NCBI GenBank assembly: GCA_905233545.1
Contig: CAJOEV010000005.1
Coordinates: forward strand, 1,425 to 65,424
Origin: an uncultured Eubacterium sp.
Lineage (GTDB): Bacteria; Bacillota; Clostridia; Oscillospirales; Acutalibacteraceae
DNA length: 64,000 bases
Reading direction: 5' to 3'
In this document: one piece after another, positions 24,704 through 35,020 of the stretch
How the letters are laid out: each line of letters opens with the position of its first letter
Position numbering within the stretch: the stretch's first letter is position 1
Notes under the pieces: model-generated
Databases searched by the model: none
What the model saw: only the letters and a program-made list of their open reading frames with translations
Told to the model about the DNA's origin: nothing
Position numbers and translations under genes: made by a program

Positions 24704-25723
24704 CTAATTATTAATCTTCTTAATGCTTTCTTCCCTTGAACGCCTTTCAATAGTGTTCTCAACCATTTCTCTTGCGATATTCTTTCTCGGCGGGAAGAAT
24801 TTTGCCATAACAAGCTGCTGAACAACTGCAACTAAGTTTGAAATCATCCAGTAAAAACCAACTGCTGCCGAAACCTTGAATGAAATATAGAATGAAAACA
24901 GCGGCATCATTAACATCATCATCATCATTGATGACTGCTGCTGAGCGGTTGCGGGATTGGTTTTTCTCTGAATAAGTGTTGAAATAACCGATGATGCCAG
25001 TGAGGTAACAAGACATAAAATCGGTATAATAATGATAATTCCGCCCTTCCATGTGGGAATGCGTGTCATATCGAGCGAGCCGATGAACATATGGCTCTTG
25101 TAGTTCTCGATTGCGGCAATTTTTTCCTCTGTAAACAGATTCGGGAGTTCTTTTGCAAGGATATCCTTGTAGCTGTCAAAATTCTGAAGAATCTGAATCT
25201 GAAAATATCCGTTGTTTTTGAATCCTGCGCCCTCAAGAACCTTTAAAATCGCGTCGGTGTTGCCTGAAATATCAACTCCGAGAATGTACTGAATCGGATA
25301 ATAGATAATTCCGATAATACCCATTAAGAAAAGCATCTGGAATGCCATCGGTCCGCAGCCCATATTCATCGGGTTGTGGCCCTCTCTTGCATAAAGAGCC
25401 TGAATTTCTTCCTGCTGCTTCTGGTTTGCCTTCTGGCGCTGTTTCGGGTCGGAAATGCTGTTTACGTTATACTTTTTCTGAATTTTCTGGATTTTCGGCT
25501 GAATTCTTGACGTTTTCGCCATGGTTTTCTGCTGCTTTAAGTTAAAGGGGAAGAGAACCACTCTTGTTAAAATCGTGAAAACAATCAGCGAAAGGAAATA
25601 GTTATCGTTAAATAAGAAGAGAAGTCCCTTCATGCATTCGCCGAACAACCAGTACAGCGGTTTTAAGAAAGCCATTCCGTTTGAAACGCCTCTCGCCGCC
25701 AATGTTATTGTTTCAATAAACAC
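24704..25723 (-). CDS. yidC: membrane protein insertase YidC/SpoIIIJ
   Basis: 339 aa with a 60-kDa-IMP core (...RQKANQKQQEEIQALYAREGHNPMNMGCGPM...). Confidence 0.9.
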   Translation of the reverse strand: MFIETITLAARGVSNGMAFLKPLYWLFGECMKGLLFLFNDNYFLSLIVFTILTRVVLFPFNLKQQKTMAKTSRIQPKIQKIQKKYNVNSISDPKQRQKANQKQQEEIQALYAREGHNPMNMGCGPMAFQMLFLMGIIGIIYYPIQYILGVDISGNTDAILKVLEGAGFKNNGYFQIQILQNFDSYKDILAKELPNLFTEEKIAAIENYKSHMFIGSLDMTRIPTWKGGIIIIIPILCLVTSLASSVISTLIQRKTNPATAQQQSSMMMMMLMMPLFSFYISFKVSAAVGFYWMISNLVAVVQQLVMAKFFPPRKNIAREMVENTIERRSREESIKKINN

Positions 25724-25987
25724 TTACTTTTCCTTTTTTCCTTTTTCTTTTTTTGGCGGAACGGGGTCATATCCTCCCTTGAAAAACGGGTTGCATCTCA
25801 TAATACGCAAAAAAGCAAGCCAGCAGCCTTTGAAAACGCCGTGTATTTCAACGGCTTCCAGGGCATACTGAGAGCAGGTCGGAGTATATCGGCACGCGCC
25901 GTGAGAAAATCGGGGCGACAGGGTAAGCTGATAGGTTCTTATCAGAAATATCGCCGCCTTTTTAAGAAGGCTGTTAATCTTTTTCAT
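25724..25987 (-). CDS. yidD: membrane protein insertion efficiency factor YidD
   Basis: [32 protein letters not shown]. Confidence 0.9.
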   Translation of the reverse strand: MKKINSLLKKAAIFLIRTYQLTLSPRFSHGACRYTPTCSQYALEAVEIHGVFKGCWLAFLRIMRCNPFFKGGYDPVPPKKEKGKKEK

Positions 25988-26315
25988 CAATAACACCCAA
26001 TGCCTTAAAATGATTTTCCATATCTTTTAGTACCGACTGCATTTTAACCTTGCTTGTAAGCCCCCTTGCAACAAAAACAAAGTCCCAATTTCCGACAATC
26101 TTCGGCTCAAGCTCAGAAAAGGCGGCTCTGATAACGCGCCTTGAACGGTTGCGCTGAACAGCGTTTCCGATTTTCTTTGAGGTTGTTATGCCGATTCTGG
26201 TGGTTTTTTCTCTGTTTTTCTTCGCATAGGTAACAAGGGTTTTTGATGCAATTGAATCCGCGCGGTGATAAAGCCTGCGGAAATCCTTGTTCTCTTTAAG
26301 GGTCTGACTTTTCAT
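25974..26315 (-). CDS. rnpA: ribonuclease P protein component
   Basis: 113 aa containing ...[24 protein letters not shown].... Confidence 0.9.
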   Translation of the reverse strand: MKSQTLKENKDFRRLYHRADSIASKTLVTYAKKNREKTTRIGITTSKKIGNAVQRNRSRRVIRAAFSELEPKIVGNWDFVFVARGLTSKVKMQSVLKDMENHFKALGVIDEKD

Positions 26316-26358
26316 AAAGTCCCCATTCCTGTTTCGTTTTGTTTAAGCAGATTAAAGA

Positions 26359-26493
26359 TTAGTAAGAAAGCTTTTTTCTGCCCTTTGCTCTTCTGCGAGC
26401 AAGTACTTTTCTTCCGTTTCTTGTTGACATTCTTTTTCTGAAGCCGTGTTCTTTCTTAGCATGTCTTTTCTTTGGCTGGAAAGTTCTTTTCAT
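26359..26493 (-). CDS. rpmH: 50S ribosomal protein L34
   Basis: Own translation gives [44 protein letters not shown]. It is below the ORF-track length cut-off. Confidence 0.95.
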   Translation of the reverse strand: MKRTFQPKKRHAKKEHGFRKRMSTRNGRKVLARRRAKGRKKLSY

Positions 26494-26706
26494 TTTGTTC
26501 ACTCCTGTCCAAGACTAAACTGGTCTTAATCTTTATTTTCTCTACGCGGTATAGCGCAGGCATTTTTTCGCTTTTATATCTTATATTTTTAAATAGATAT
26601 ACTAACAGCCTTGATATTATAGTACAAATAATCTCAATTTGTCAACTAAAACTTGTATTTATTTTAGTTATATTATATAATGTACCATATATTGGGGTGA
26701 GCGCCT

Positions 26707-27531
26707 ATGAAAACAACAAGCTATCTTAAAACAATAAGCCGTATACTGTTTTTTGTATGCGTTTTCTTCATTGTTGTTTTCTTTGCAGACTGGTTCTGGG
26801 GACCGTTTTTCTTCAATCGGGACTATCGCGTGCTGAAATACTGTCTTAGCGTTGTTGTTCCTGCAGGACTCACGGTTTTCAATTATAAAACGGAAAAATC
26901 GCTGAAATTTATCGGATATTCAATGATAATTGTTATGAGCTCTTTCGTCTTAGGCTTTCTGGCGTTCAATTATCTGAAAATTTCTCCCTTTTTATTTCGG
27001 GAAATAAGCTCGCTCTATCATATAACATATGCGCTTGTTGCTTCTTTCAGCGTTTTTACTGCCGCAACGGTTATTGCGCATATCGAAAAAACCGACTACG
27101 GTTTTTTCTACAATTCCTTCTTTCTCGGATATGTTCCGATGATGATTATGCTGTATGCGCTGCTTTATTTTGTCTACAGAAACACCGAAACAATGCAGTA
27201 TACCGTTAATCTCATTCCGTTTCAGGGGGAACTCAAAAACCTGTTCGGCGGTTTCAATACCCTTTCGGCTATGAGAACGCTCGGCAATATTGCATACTAT
27301 TCAACAATTTCGCTCACAGCGGCAAGATTTTTCAAAAAAACTCGGGCGCTGTTTGCATTTTGGGCTCCGTTTGCGCTCTGTGTTGTGAGTGAAGCGGTGC
27401 AGGGAATATTCAGTATCGGCGACGCTGATATTGATGATATAATTCTGAATTCACTGGGCGCGTTAATCGGCGCTCTGATATATAAGTTTTTCATTGAAAA
27501 ATTAAGGAGAAATAATCAATGCTTGGAATAA
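26707..27531 (+). CDS. VanZ-like family membrane protein
   Basis: 274 aa, multi-TM, with C-terminal ...SEAVQGIFSIGDADIDDIILNSLGALIGALIY. Confidence 0.7.
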   Translation: MKTTSYLKTISRILFFVCVFFIVVFFADWFWGPFFFNRDYRVLKYCLSVVVPAGLTVFNYKTEKSLKFIGYSMIIVMSSFVLGFLAFNYLKISPFLFREISSLYHITYALVASFSVFTAATVIAHIEKTDYGFFYNSFFLGYVPMMIMLYALLYFVYRNTETMQYTVNLIPFQGELKNLFGGFNTLSAMRTLGNIAYYSTISLTAARFFKKTRALFAFWAPFALCVVSEAVQGIFSIGDADIDDIILNSLGALIGALIYKFFIEKLRRNNQCLE

Positions 27532-28205
27532 TCGGCGCAATGGATGTTGAAGTAAACACGCTAAAAAGCAGGGTTTCGGACAAAAAAATAAAAACCTTTG
27601 CAAATATTGATTTTGTCATAGGCTTTCTTAAGGGAAAAGAGGTCTGCATTGCTCAGTGTTCACCCGGTAAGGTCAATGCCGCGCTTTGCACCCAGCTTAT
27701 GATTGATAAATTTGATGTTGAAAAAATAATCAATATCGGCGTTGGCTGTTCGCTTGATAAAAGCGTTGTTATAAGGGATATTGTTGTCGGCAACAAGCTC
27801 TGCCAGTATGATATCGACATAACCGCACTCGGCGAAGAGAGGGGACTTATCAACGGAATCAACAAGGTTATGATTGAAAGTGATTCAGATTTATCGTCCG
27901 AGCTTGAAACCGCCGCAAAGGACTGCGGATATAACGTTCATATCGGAGCAATTGCAAGCGGTGACACCTTTATCGGAAGCAGCGAGCTTAAAAAAAGCAT
28001 AAATAAAGAGTTTTCAGCCCTCTGCGGAGAGATGGAGGGCGGCGCAATCGCGCAGGTTTGCTATATAAATAACGTTCCCTTTGCCGTTTTGAGAACAATA
28101 AGCGACGGCGGAGACGAAAACGTACAGATGAACTATCCCGAGTTCAAGGAAATCGCCGCAAAGCAGTCCTGCGAGATAATGCTCGGTTTTCTTGGGAATA
28201 AATAA
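27519..28205 (+). CDS. mtnN: 5'-methylthioadenosine/S-adenosylhomocysteine nucleosidase
   Basis: 228 aa with MLGIIGAMDVEV... and GEMEGGAIAQV. Confidence 0.9.
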   Translation: MLGIIGAMDVEVNTLKSRVSDKKIKTFANIDFVIGFLKGKEVCIAQCSPGKVNAALCTQLMIDKFDVEKIINIGVGCSLDKSVVIRDIVVGNKLCQYDIDITALGEERGLINGINKVMIESDSDLSSELETAAKDCGYNVHIGAIASGDTFIGSSELKKSINKEFSALCGEMEGGAIAQVCYINNVPFAVLRTISDGGDENVQMNYPEFKEIAAKQSCEIMLGFLGNK

Positions 28206-28206
28206 A

Positions 28207-28250
28207 AGGGCGATTCTAAAATCGCCCCTACATCCTAACACCTAACACCT
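28207..28250. repeat. REP-like hairpin with CTAC tail + CCTAACA array
   Basis: GGGCGATT-CTAA-AATCGCCC-CTAC at 28208..28231, then ATCCTAACACCTAACACCT. It fills the gap between two convergent stops. Confidence 0.75.
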
Positions 28251-28892
28251 TTATTCAGGAATGTATGTGTGAAGGTCTTCCATAATAAGACTTTCTGCCT
28301 CTTCAATAAGCTCGTTTAGAACCGTTCTCTGTGATGAGTCAACGCCCGTTCTTGAACGGTCCTCAATCAAAACGAATTTTGCATCCTGGATTGCAATTGC
28401 CGCGGAAGCTAAATCCTTGGCAACGGAATAATCGATTTTAAACAGCTCTTTGGGAATAATGCCCGCTTTTGCAAGAGTCAGCGCACCGCGGTAGAGAGTT
28501 AAAAGATAGTAGTCGTATACAAAACTCTTCTCGGCAGTGTCCGATGAGCTTGCGGAAACAGTATCAAGAAGATATTTTGTTGCCTTTGAGAGCATTGAAA
28601 CGGAATACATCTTGTCGCTTGAAAACGCTGTGAGATAGTTATCGTCAATACCGTTTCTGTTTTCGCTGACACCGAGAAGGTAATCGGTTGTAACACCGTA
28701 GTATTCACTGCATCTGATAATAAAATCAAGTCCGCATTCCCTTATACCTTTTTCGTAGTGCGAAAGAAGAGCCTGGGAAATTCCAAGCTCGGTAGCTGCC
28801 TTTTTCTGGCTTATTCCGCGTTCCTTTCTCAGCTGGGAAAGGACGGACGCAAATTTGGTAATCTTTTCTTTGTTCTTTTCCATTAATGTCAC
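28251..28892 (-). CDS. XRE-family helix-turn-helix transcriptional regulator
   Basis: LSQLRKERGISQKKAATELGISQALLSHYEKG HTH motif. 213 aa. Confidence 0.8.
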   Translation of the reverse strand: MTLMEKNKEKITKFASVLSQLRKERGISQKKAATELGISQALLSHYEKGIRECGLDFIIRCSEYYGVTTDYLLGVSENRNGIDDNYLTAFSSDKMYSVSMLSKATKYLLDTVSASSSDTAEKSFVYDYYLLTLYRGALTLAKAGIIPKELFKIDYSVAKDLASAAIAIQDAKFVLIEDRSRTGVDSSQRTVLNELIEEAESLIMEDLHTYIPE

Positions 28893-29054
28893 TCGATTTT
28901 TCTATATTTGGTATATCGCTCAAAAGCGAATTTATACTCATTGTAATTCAAAATAATTATACGCGCAATTATACTTATTGTAAATAATCAATTCGGATTT
29001 GTTATATTTTTGTAACATTGCAAGGAATCATCCCGTTTTCAGGAGGTTTTTAAT

Positions 29055-29693
29055 ATGAAAACATACACGCTGTATTTGTTCCGTCACGGACTGACAAAAG
29101 GAAATATCAACGCACAGTATATTGGGCATACTGATTATCCGTTAACTATGGATAGTATTCAGAGCCTTCAGAACATCAAGGCAAAGCACCACTATCCGAC
29201 GGTTGACGCGGTCTTTGTTTCACCCCTGAAAAGGGCTCAGCAGAGCGCGGATATTATGTTCCCAAAAAATAACAAAATTGTAATAGATGGATTTATTGAA
29301 TACAATTTCGGCGAGTTTGAAGAGCTCACTGCCGAGGATTTAAAAGACAATGAAGATTTTCAGGAATGGTTCCGCGGAGATATCAACGCCGCACCTCCTC
29401 ACGGTGAATCAAACGCCGAGTTTGTTCAGCGTATCTGCGCCTCGTTTGAGAAGGTTATCAACGGCTGCATTTCAAGCGGAGTTGAAAACATTGCAATCGT
29501 ATCCCACGCAGGAGTACTTATGACAATTCTTGCCTGCTACGGTCTACCCGAAGCGCCCATGCCCCATTGGCAGATGGACGCGGGATACGGATATAAGCTG
29601 AGAATAACCCCGTCGCTCTGGATGCAGACGAATAAAATTGAGGTTGTTGACACCTCGCCCGAAAGTCTTGCAGATATGAAAGCGGAAGAATAA
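29055..29693 (+). CDS. histidine phosphatase (phosphoglycerate mutase-like) family protein
   Basis: LYLFRHGLTKGN catalytic RHG motif. 212 aa. Confidence 0.85.
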   Translation: MKTYTLYLFRHGLTKGNINAQYIGHTDYPLTMDSIQSLQNIKAKHHYPTVDAVFVSPLKRAQQSADIMFPKNNKIVIDGFIEYNFGEFEELTAEDLKDNEDFQEWFRGDINAAPPHGESNAEFVQRICASFEKVINGCISSGVENIAIVSHAGVLMTILACYGLPEAPMPHWQMDAGYGYKLRITPSLWMQTNKIEVVDTSPESLADMKAEE

Positions 29694-29803
29694 AAGCCCC
29701 GTGTTAAAACCAATATGTCACTTCTGTTTTGTTGACAAATTACTGTTATTTGGTATAATTATACTATCAGATTCAATCTGAAAAATTCTAAAGGAGAGAT
29801 AAA

Positions 29804-30205
29804 ATGAAAAAATTATTATGCATTCTGCTTTCGCTTATCGCAATTATCAGCGTATTTTCGATTGCACTCACTTCCGAGGCTGCTTCAAAGCCGGGCAAAG
29901 TAACAGGTCTTGAAGGCTACACAACAGCAAGGAATGTTTACACTTGTGCCGTGTGGAATAAAAAGAAAGGCGTAACAGGTTATCAGGTTCAGTACGGTAA
30001 GCTCACCGGTCTTAAGAACGGCGAGTATACTAAAACAAAATGGACAAGCAAGAAGTATAAGGTTAAGGGCTATAAGAAACACAAGCACAAGATTAAAACA
30101 AACGGTTGGAAATACGGCCGCGTAAGAGTTCGCGCTTATAAAGTTAAGAACGGAAAAACTCTTTATGGTAAATGGGCATACAGCGATGTTTATGAGTATA
30201 ATTAA
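29804..30205 (+). CDS. small secreted lysine-rich Fn3-like protein
   Basis: Signal peptide MKKLLCILLSLIAIISVFSIALTSEA. The GYQVQYG...VRVRAYKVKNGKTLYGKW module is shared with the ORF ending at 3425. Confidence 0.6.
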   Translation: MKKLLCILLSLIAIISVFSIALTSEAASKPGKVTGLEGYTTARNVYTCAVWNKKKGVTGYQVQYGKLTGLKNGEYTKTKWTSKKYKVKGYKKHKHKIKTNGWKYGRVRVRAYKVKNGKTLYGKWAYSDVYEYN

Positions 30206-30222
30206 GCTCAGATAAAACAGTA

Positions 30223-30251
30223 GCAGACGGAAAATTCCGTCTGCTTTTTTT
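30223..30251 (+). terminator. intrinsic terminator
   Basis: GCAGACGG-AAAATT-CCGTCTGC followed by TTTTTTT. Confidence 0.8.
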
Positions 30252-30690
30252 ATGCATAATATTCATCCTTGCCGATTAGCCATTTTCTTGGGTTTTCATC
30301 AATGTATTGAAGATGATAAAAATAATCTTCGTCGTCGCGGATAATGTGGTCGTAGAATCCCGTTTGCCATATGTTTTCACCGATTTGTTTATTGCAAAAT
30401 CGTTTTAATGTTCCAATATGCCTTGAAAGAAGTGAATTTGTAGGGAGCGGCGACCTCGACGCTCCATTGGTATCCGTTTTCTCAACCGAAACAATCAAAT
30501 GAATGTGATTCGGCATTATCACATATTTTTCAAATTTTATTTCTTCGTATCTTTTGTTCATCTCGATGATGTTGTTCTCAACAATTATGCCGTTTTTTGA
30601 TAAAACAATTTGCGGAGCGTCGGGGTCGCCGCTCCCTACAATAAAAAACGGGCGATTCGCGAATCGCTCCCACTGCCTAAAACCTAACAC
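30250..30690 (-). CDS. REP-associated tyrosine transposase (RAYT, IS200-like HUH), probably N-terminally truncated
   Basis: HUH motif in VIMPNHIHLIVSV. C-terminus is WQTGFYDHIIRDDEDYFYHLQYIDENPRKW. It lacks the YDYS..YFITICT N-terminal strand present in the paralog at 58958..59449. The N-terminal 17 aa are read from repeat sequence. Confidence 0.75.
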   Translation of the reverse strand: MLGFRQWERFANRPFFIVGSGDPDAPQIVLSKNGIIVENNIIEMNKRYEEIKFEKYVIMPNHIHLIVSVEKTDTNGASRSPLPTNSLLSRHIGTLKRFCNKQIGENIWQTGFYDHIIRDDEDYFYHLQYIDENPRKWLIGKDEYYA

Positions 30691-30712
30691 CTAAAACCTA
30701 ACACCTAAAAAA
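30614..30712. repeat. REP hairpin (CTAC tail) + GGGCGATTCGCGAATCGCTCCC hairpin + CCTAAAA/CCTAACA array
   Basis: GGAGCG-TCGGGGTCGC-CGCTCC-CTACAAT, then GGGCGATTCGCGAATCGCTCCC, then ACTGCCTAAAACCTAACACCTAAAACCTAACACCTAAAAAAA. It overlaps the 5' end of the RAYT ORF. Confidence 0.8.
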
Positions 30713-30736
30713 AACTGCCTCAAATGAGGCAGTTTT
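30707..30736 (-). terminator. intrinsic terminator after the LCP gene
   Basis: CTGCCTCA-AA-TGAGGCAG flanked by A/T runs. Confidence 0.75.
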
Positions 30737-32443
30737 TTAATTGGATGTCGTTGTTTCTTTATGTTTCTTCGTTGTTGTTTCAACAACTGTAACCTCGCCG
30801 TAGTTTGTGTTTGAAATCGTGTACTGCAAATCCATTGCCGCGTCGCCGTCTTCAAAGAAGCCTTCTTCAGGACATGTTGCGGTGTTTGGTCTGATATGAG
30901 CAAGGGTTATATTGGACTCACCGTAAATTATATACTGAAGATTATATGCATCGGCGGGGAAGTCGCATTTCCAAATCCATGCGCCGTATCCCATTCCGCC
31001 TTTGAGATTCTGTTCGGGCATGGTCTGCATATAAATATCAAAATCAAGCCAGCCCTGGGACATTGCATATTTTGCAATTTTCAGAATTTCGTTTTTACCG
31101 AAATTCGTGTTTACATAGGGAATCAGCTTTTTAATGATTCTGATAAGGCGAACCTTTGATGCCTTTCTTGTCTGCTTGAATATCTCGCTTATGCAGGTTT
31201 TCTGGCGGTCGGCTCTCATATTATCCGAATCAAGCTTTCTGATTCTGCAGTATGCAAGCGCCTGTTTGCCCGTCAGCTTCATTTTGCCCTTATCGCCCTC
31301 AAAGGTTTTTTCGATTGTAACATGGCCGTATCTTATCTGGTGATTGTTTATTTCATCAATTTCAGCCTGGGTGAGTGTAAGGGTTACACCGCCGAGAGTG
31401 TCAACAATTGTTTCAAAAGAATCAAAATTAACTATTGCATAGTTATCAATCTTGATTTTATACATATTTTCAATGCAGTTGATATATGCGTTTATGTCTC
31501 CCGTTGACATTGCGCCGTTGACTTTTCCGAACTGACCTGTTGACTCGTCGCCCTCCTTGGTTTCCCAATAGGTGTATGCATCTCTCAAAACGGAGGTCAG
31601 GGTAACAACTTTCGTGTCGATATTAACGCTGACAATAATCGCGGAGTCGGCTCTTGTTCCCTCGTCGAGAATTTCGCTTCCCCTTGTGTCCTCGCCGATA
31701 AACAGAACATTGAGAACATGGGTTGAAGAACAGGGCTTGCCGTTATAGTACCAGCTTTTAATCATATCCTTGAGTGATGAGAGCTGGGTTGCCTCGGTTT
31801 CATCAATCGGAGCAAAATCCTTAATCAGCTTATCCATACCCTGCCACGGCTCTTCGGTTGTTGCAACCGTATTTCCGCCGTTTTTGATAATCTTGTCGAG
31901 CATATCGTTTGCAAAAATAGCACCAACGGCAACTGCAATAACAACAATCAGCGCAATAATTCCGATAATGATTTTTGCGATTTTCTTTTTATTCTTTTTT
32001 TCTTTTTCTTCGGGCTCGTCCGTTTCAGAAAGAATTTCTTCGTCATTTATGAAGTCGGGAACATCATCATCGGAAAGCGAAAGAATATCAATCATACCCT
32101 CGGGAGCTTCTTCCTCTTCGGATTCTGAAATTTCTTCCTCTGTCTGCTCTTCTTCAGAAGTTTCTTCCTGAGCAGGCTCCTCTTCGGGTGCTTCTTCCTC
32201 AGCTTCAGTCTCTTCCTCTGAAACAGATTCATCCTCAGCTTCGGTCTCTTCCGGTTTAGCCTCTTCTTCAATAATCGGCTCTTCCTCTGCCGTATCTTCC
32301 TGAACAGGTTCTTCAGCAGTCGGTGCGGCAGCTGCCTGCTCTTCAACAGCCTGCTCGGCTGTTTTCTCAAGTTTGTCGGCACCGTCCCTATGAGCTTTTA
32401 TTTCAGACAGAATATCGTCAATATTATAATTATCCTTGCTCAC
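30737..32443 (-). CDS. LytR-CpsA-Psr (LCP) family protein with acidic E-rich N-terminus and one TM segment
   Basis: LCP core LNVLFIGEDTRG...RADSAIIVSVNIDTKVVTLTSVLRD...VNGAMSTG...DNYAIVNFDSFETIVDTLGGV. Confidence 0.85.
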   Translation of the reverse strand: MSKDNYNIDDILSEIKAHRDGADKLEKTAEQAVEEQAAAAPTAEEPVQEDTAEEEPIIEEEAKPEETEAEDESVSEEETEAEEEAPEEEPAQEETSEEEQTEEEISESEEEEAPEGMIDILSLSDDDVPDFINDEEILSETDEPEEKEKKNKKKIAKIIIGIIALIVVIAVAVGAIFANDMLDKIIKNGGNTVATTEEPWQGMDKLIKDFAPIDETEATQLSSLKDMIKSWYYNGKPCSSTHVLNVLFIGEDTRGSEILDEGTRADSAIIVSVNIDTKVVTLTSVLRDAYTYWETKEGDESTGQFGKVNGAMSTGDINAYINCIENMYKIKIDNYAIVNFDSFETIVDTLGGVTLTLTQAEIDEINNHQIRYGHVTIEKTFEGDKGKMKLTGKQALAYCRIRKLDSDNMRADRQKTCISEIFKQTRKASKVRLIRIIKKLIPYVNTNFGKNEILKIAKYAMSQGWLDFDIYMQTMPEQNLKGGMGYGAWIWKCDFPADAYNLQYIIYGESNITLAHIRPNTATCPEEGFFEDGDAAMDLQYTISNTNYGEVTVVETTTKKHKETTTSN

Positions 32444-32491
32444 TGCGATTCTCCTCTTTTGATTTTATATAATGAATTGTTTTCAGGCGGA

Positions 32492-34993
32492 TTATTCTTC
32501 CTGAGCTTCTGCTGTTTCTTCCTGGGGAAGCTCCTGAATTTCTTCATCGTCTTCCTCCTCATATTTATCAACAATGCTCAGTGTTGCAAGTCTTTCGCCA
32601 TCATTAACACGCATTACCTTAACTCCCTTGCTCGGGCGTTTGAAGGATGAAATCTGCTGTGCATGAGTTCTGATAACAATTCCGTCGGTTGTTATCATAA
32701 TAACATCATTATCATCGTTAACAGGGGCAATCATTGCAACCTTTCCGAACTGTTCACAACGATAGTTAATAAGTCCCTTGCCCGCTCTTGACTGAACGCG
32801 GTAGTCGGAAAAATCGCTCTTTCTTCCGTATCCCGTTTCGGAAACGGTGAGAAGCTGCTTGTCGGACTGGGCAACCGCAAAGCCGACAACATAGTCGTCC
32901 TCTTTGAGCTGAATAGCTTTAACGCCCCTTGCAGTTCTTCCGATTAATCTTGCGTCGGATTCATTAAAGCAGATTGCCATTCCGTTGTGAGTTGAAACAA
33001 CAAGCTGGCGCTCGCCGTCGGTTACATCAACCCAGCAGAGCTCGTCGCCCTCATCAAGATTGATTGCAATAATACCTGTTTTTCTTATATGGTCGTACTG
33101 GTTAATCGCCGTTCTCTTTATGATACCGTTTCTTGTTACCATACAGAGATATGCTCTTTCTTCCTCTTTCGGAATCTTAACCATTGCGGAAACGGTTTCC
33201 TCCTGTTCAATCGGAAGAAGGTTAACAACGTTCATTCCCTTGCTTGTTCTTGAGGATTCGGGAATCTGATATCCCTTGAGCTTGAAAACCCGTCCCTTAT
33301 TGGTGAATATCATAACAAAATCGTGGGTTGAGCATGCAAACATTGTTTTTGCATAGTCCTCTTCGCGTCTGCTCATTCCCATAATTCCCTTACCGCCTCG
33401 GTTCTGAGCCCTGTATGTATCAACAGTCTGGCGCTTGATATAGCCCTTTTCGGTTAAGGTTAAAATACAATCCTCAACGGGAATCAAATCTTCATCGTCA
33501 ACATCGCCCGTGAACGCCGAAATCTGAGTTCTTCTCTCATCACCGTACTTTTCGGCAATTTCGCGTGACTCGGATTTGATTATCTCTTCAATTCTTGTTT
33601 CGTGTTCAAGAATATCGGTTAAATCCTTGATTTTTTCGTGGAGTTCATCGAGTTCGTTTAATATCTTTTCAATTTCAAGTCCTGCAAGCTGACCTAAACG
33701 GTATGCAACAATTGCGCTTGCCTGCGGGTCGTCGAAACCGAACTTGTCCATAATTGCCTGCTTGGCTTCACTCTGTCCGCCCCTGCAGGCTCTGATTGTT
33801 GCGATAACCTCATCAACAATATCAATAGCTTTTGCAAGACCTTCTAAAATATGCGCTCTTTCCTGAGCCTTCTTCAAATCGAAGATTGTTCTTCTTCTGA
33901 TAACATCCTTCTGGAAAACAATATATTTCTGAAGAATTTCCTTTAAGGTCATAACCTTCGGAACGCCGTCGTCAAGGGCGAGCATAATTGCACCGAAGGT
34001 AACCTGCATATCGGTCATCTTATAGAGATTGTTAAGAACAACCTGCGCGTTTGCGTCCCTTTTGATAACGATTTCAATATGCATTCCGCGTCTGTCGGAA
34101 TAATCCTGAATATCTGCAATGCCGTCAAGGCGTTTTTCTTTAACAAGGTCGGCTATTCTTGAAATAAGGCGCGCTTTGTTTACTCCGTAGGGAATTTCGT
34201 TAACAACAATCTTGAAACGGTCGCCCTTTGTTTCAACAATTTCTGCGTTTGCGCGGACATAAATCTTACCGCGTCCCGTTGCATAGGCTTCCCTTATGCC
34301 CTTTGCGCCCATAATAATGCCTGCCGTCGGAAAATCGGGGCCCTTGATATGCTCCATTAATTCCTCAAGCTCAGCGTCGGGGTTGTCGATAAGACAGCAC
34401 ATACCCTCAACAACCTCTCTCATATTATGAGGAGGAATGTTTGTTGCCATACCTACGGCAATACCCGAAGAACCGTTTACAAGAAGATTCGGGAATCTTG
34501 CAGGAAGAACAACGGGCTCTTTTGTTGTATCGTCAAAGTTGGGAGCCCAGTCAACGGTTTCCTTTTTGATATCGTCGAGCATTTTAAGAGCGGTTTTGCT
34601 CATTCTGCTTTCGGTATATCTGTATGCAGCAGGCGGGTCGCCGTCGATTGAGCCGAAGTTTCCGTGACCGTCAACAAGGGTATATCTCATTGAAAACGGC
34701 TGTGCAAGACGAACCATTGCGTCGTAAACAGAAGCATCACCGTGGGGGTGATAATGACCTAAAACGGCACCGACAGTTGTTGCACACTTTCTGTATGCGG
34801 TCTGCGGAGTCAATCCGTTTTCATACATGGTATAAAGAATTCTTCTGTGAACGGGCTTCAAGCCGTCGCGGACATCGGGCAGTGCACGGGAAACGATAAC
34901 GCTCATCGAATAATCGAGAAACGCCTTTCTTATTTCACTGCTTATTTCAACATCTACGATTTTTTGATTGTCATAGCGTATTTCTTCGTTCAT
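32492..34993 (-). CDS. gyrA: DNA gyrase subunit A
   Basis: 833 aa containing [21 protein letters not shown] and AAYRYTE. Confidence 0.97.
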   Translation of the reverse strand: MNEEIRYDNQKIVDVEISSEIRKAFLDYSMSVIVSRALPDVRDGLKPVHRRILYTMYENGLTPQTAYRKCATTVGAVLGHYHPHGDASVYDAMVRLAQPFSMRYTLVDGHGNFGSIDGDPPAAYRYTESRMSKTALKMLDDIKKETVDWAPNFDDTTKEPVVLPARFPNLLVNGSSGIAVGMATNIPPHNMREVVEGMCCLIDNPDAELEELMEHIKGPDFPTAGIIMGAKGIREAYATGRGKIYVRANAEIVETKGDRFKIVVNEIPYGVNKARLISRIADLVKEKRLDGIADIQDYSDRRGMHIEIVIKRDANAQVVLNNLYKMTDMQVTFGAIMLALDDGVPKVMTLKEILQKYIVFQKDVIRRRTIFDLKKAQERAHILEGLAKAIDIVDEVIATIRACRGGQSEAKQAIMDKFGFDDPQASAIVAYRLGQLAGLEIEKILNELDELHEKIKDLTDILEHETRIEEIIKSESREIAEKYGDERRTQISAFTGDVDDEDLIPVEDCILTLTEKGYIKRQTVDTYRAQNRGGKGIMGMSRREEDYAKTMFACSTHDFVMIFTNKGRVFKLKGYQIPESSRTSKGMNVVNLLPIEQEETVSAMVKIPKEEERAYLCMVTRNGIIKRTAINQYDHIRKTGIIAINLDEGDELCWVDVTDGERQLVVSTHNGMAICFNESDARLIGRTARGVKAIQLKEDDYVVGFAVAQSDKQLLTVSETGYGRKSDFSDYRVQSRAGKGLINYRCEQFGKVAMIAPVNDDNDVIMITTDGIVIRTHAQQISSFKRPSKGVKVMRVNDGERLATLSIVDKYEEEDDEEIQELPQEETAEAQEE

Positions 34994-35020
34994 ATATTTT
35001 TTCTCCTATCGTCGAAAAAC

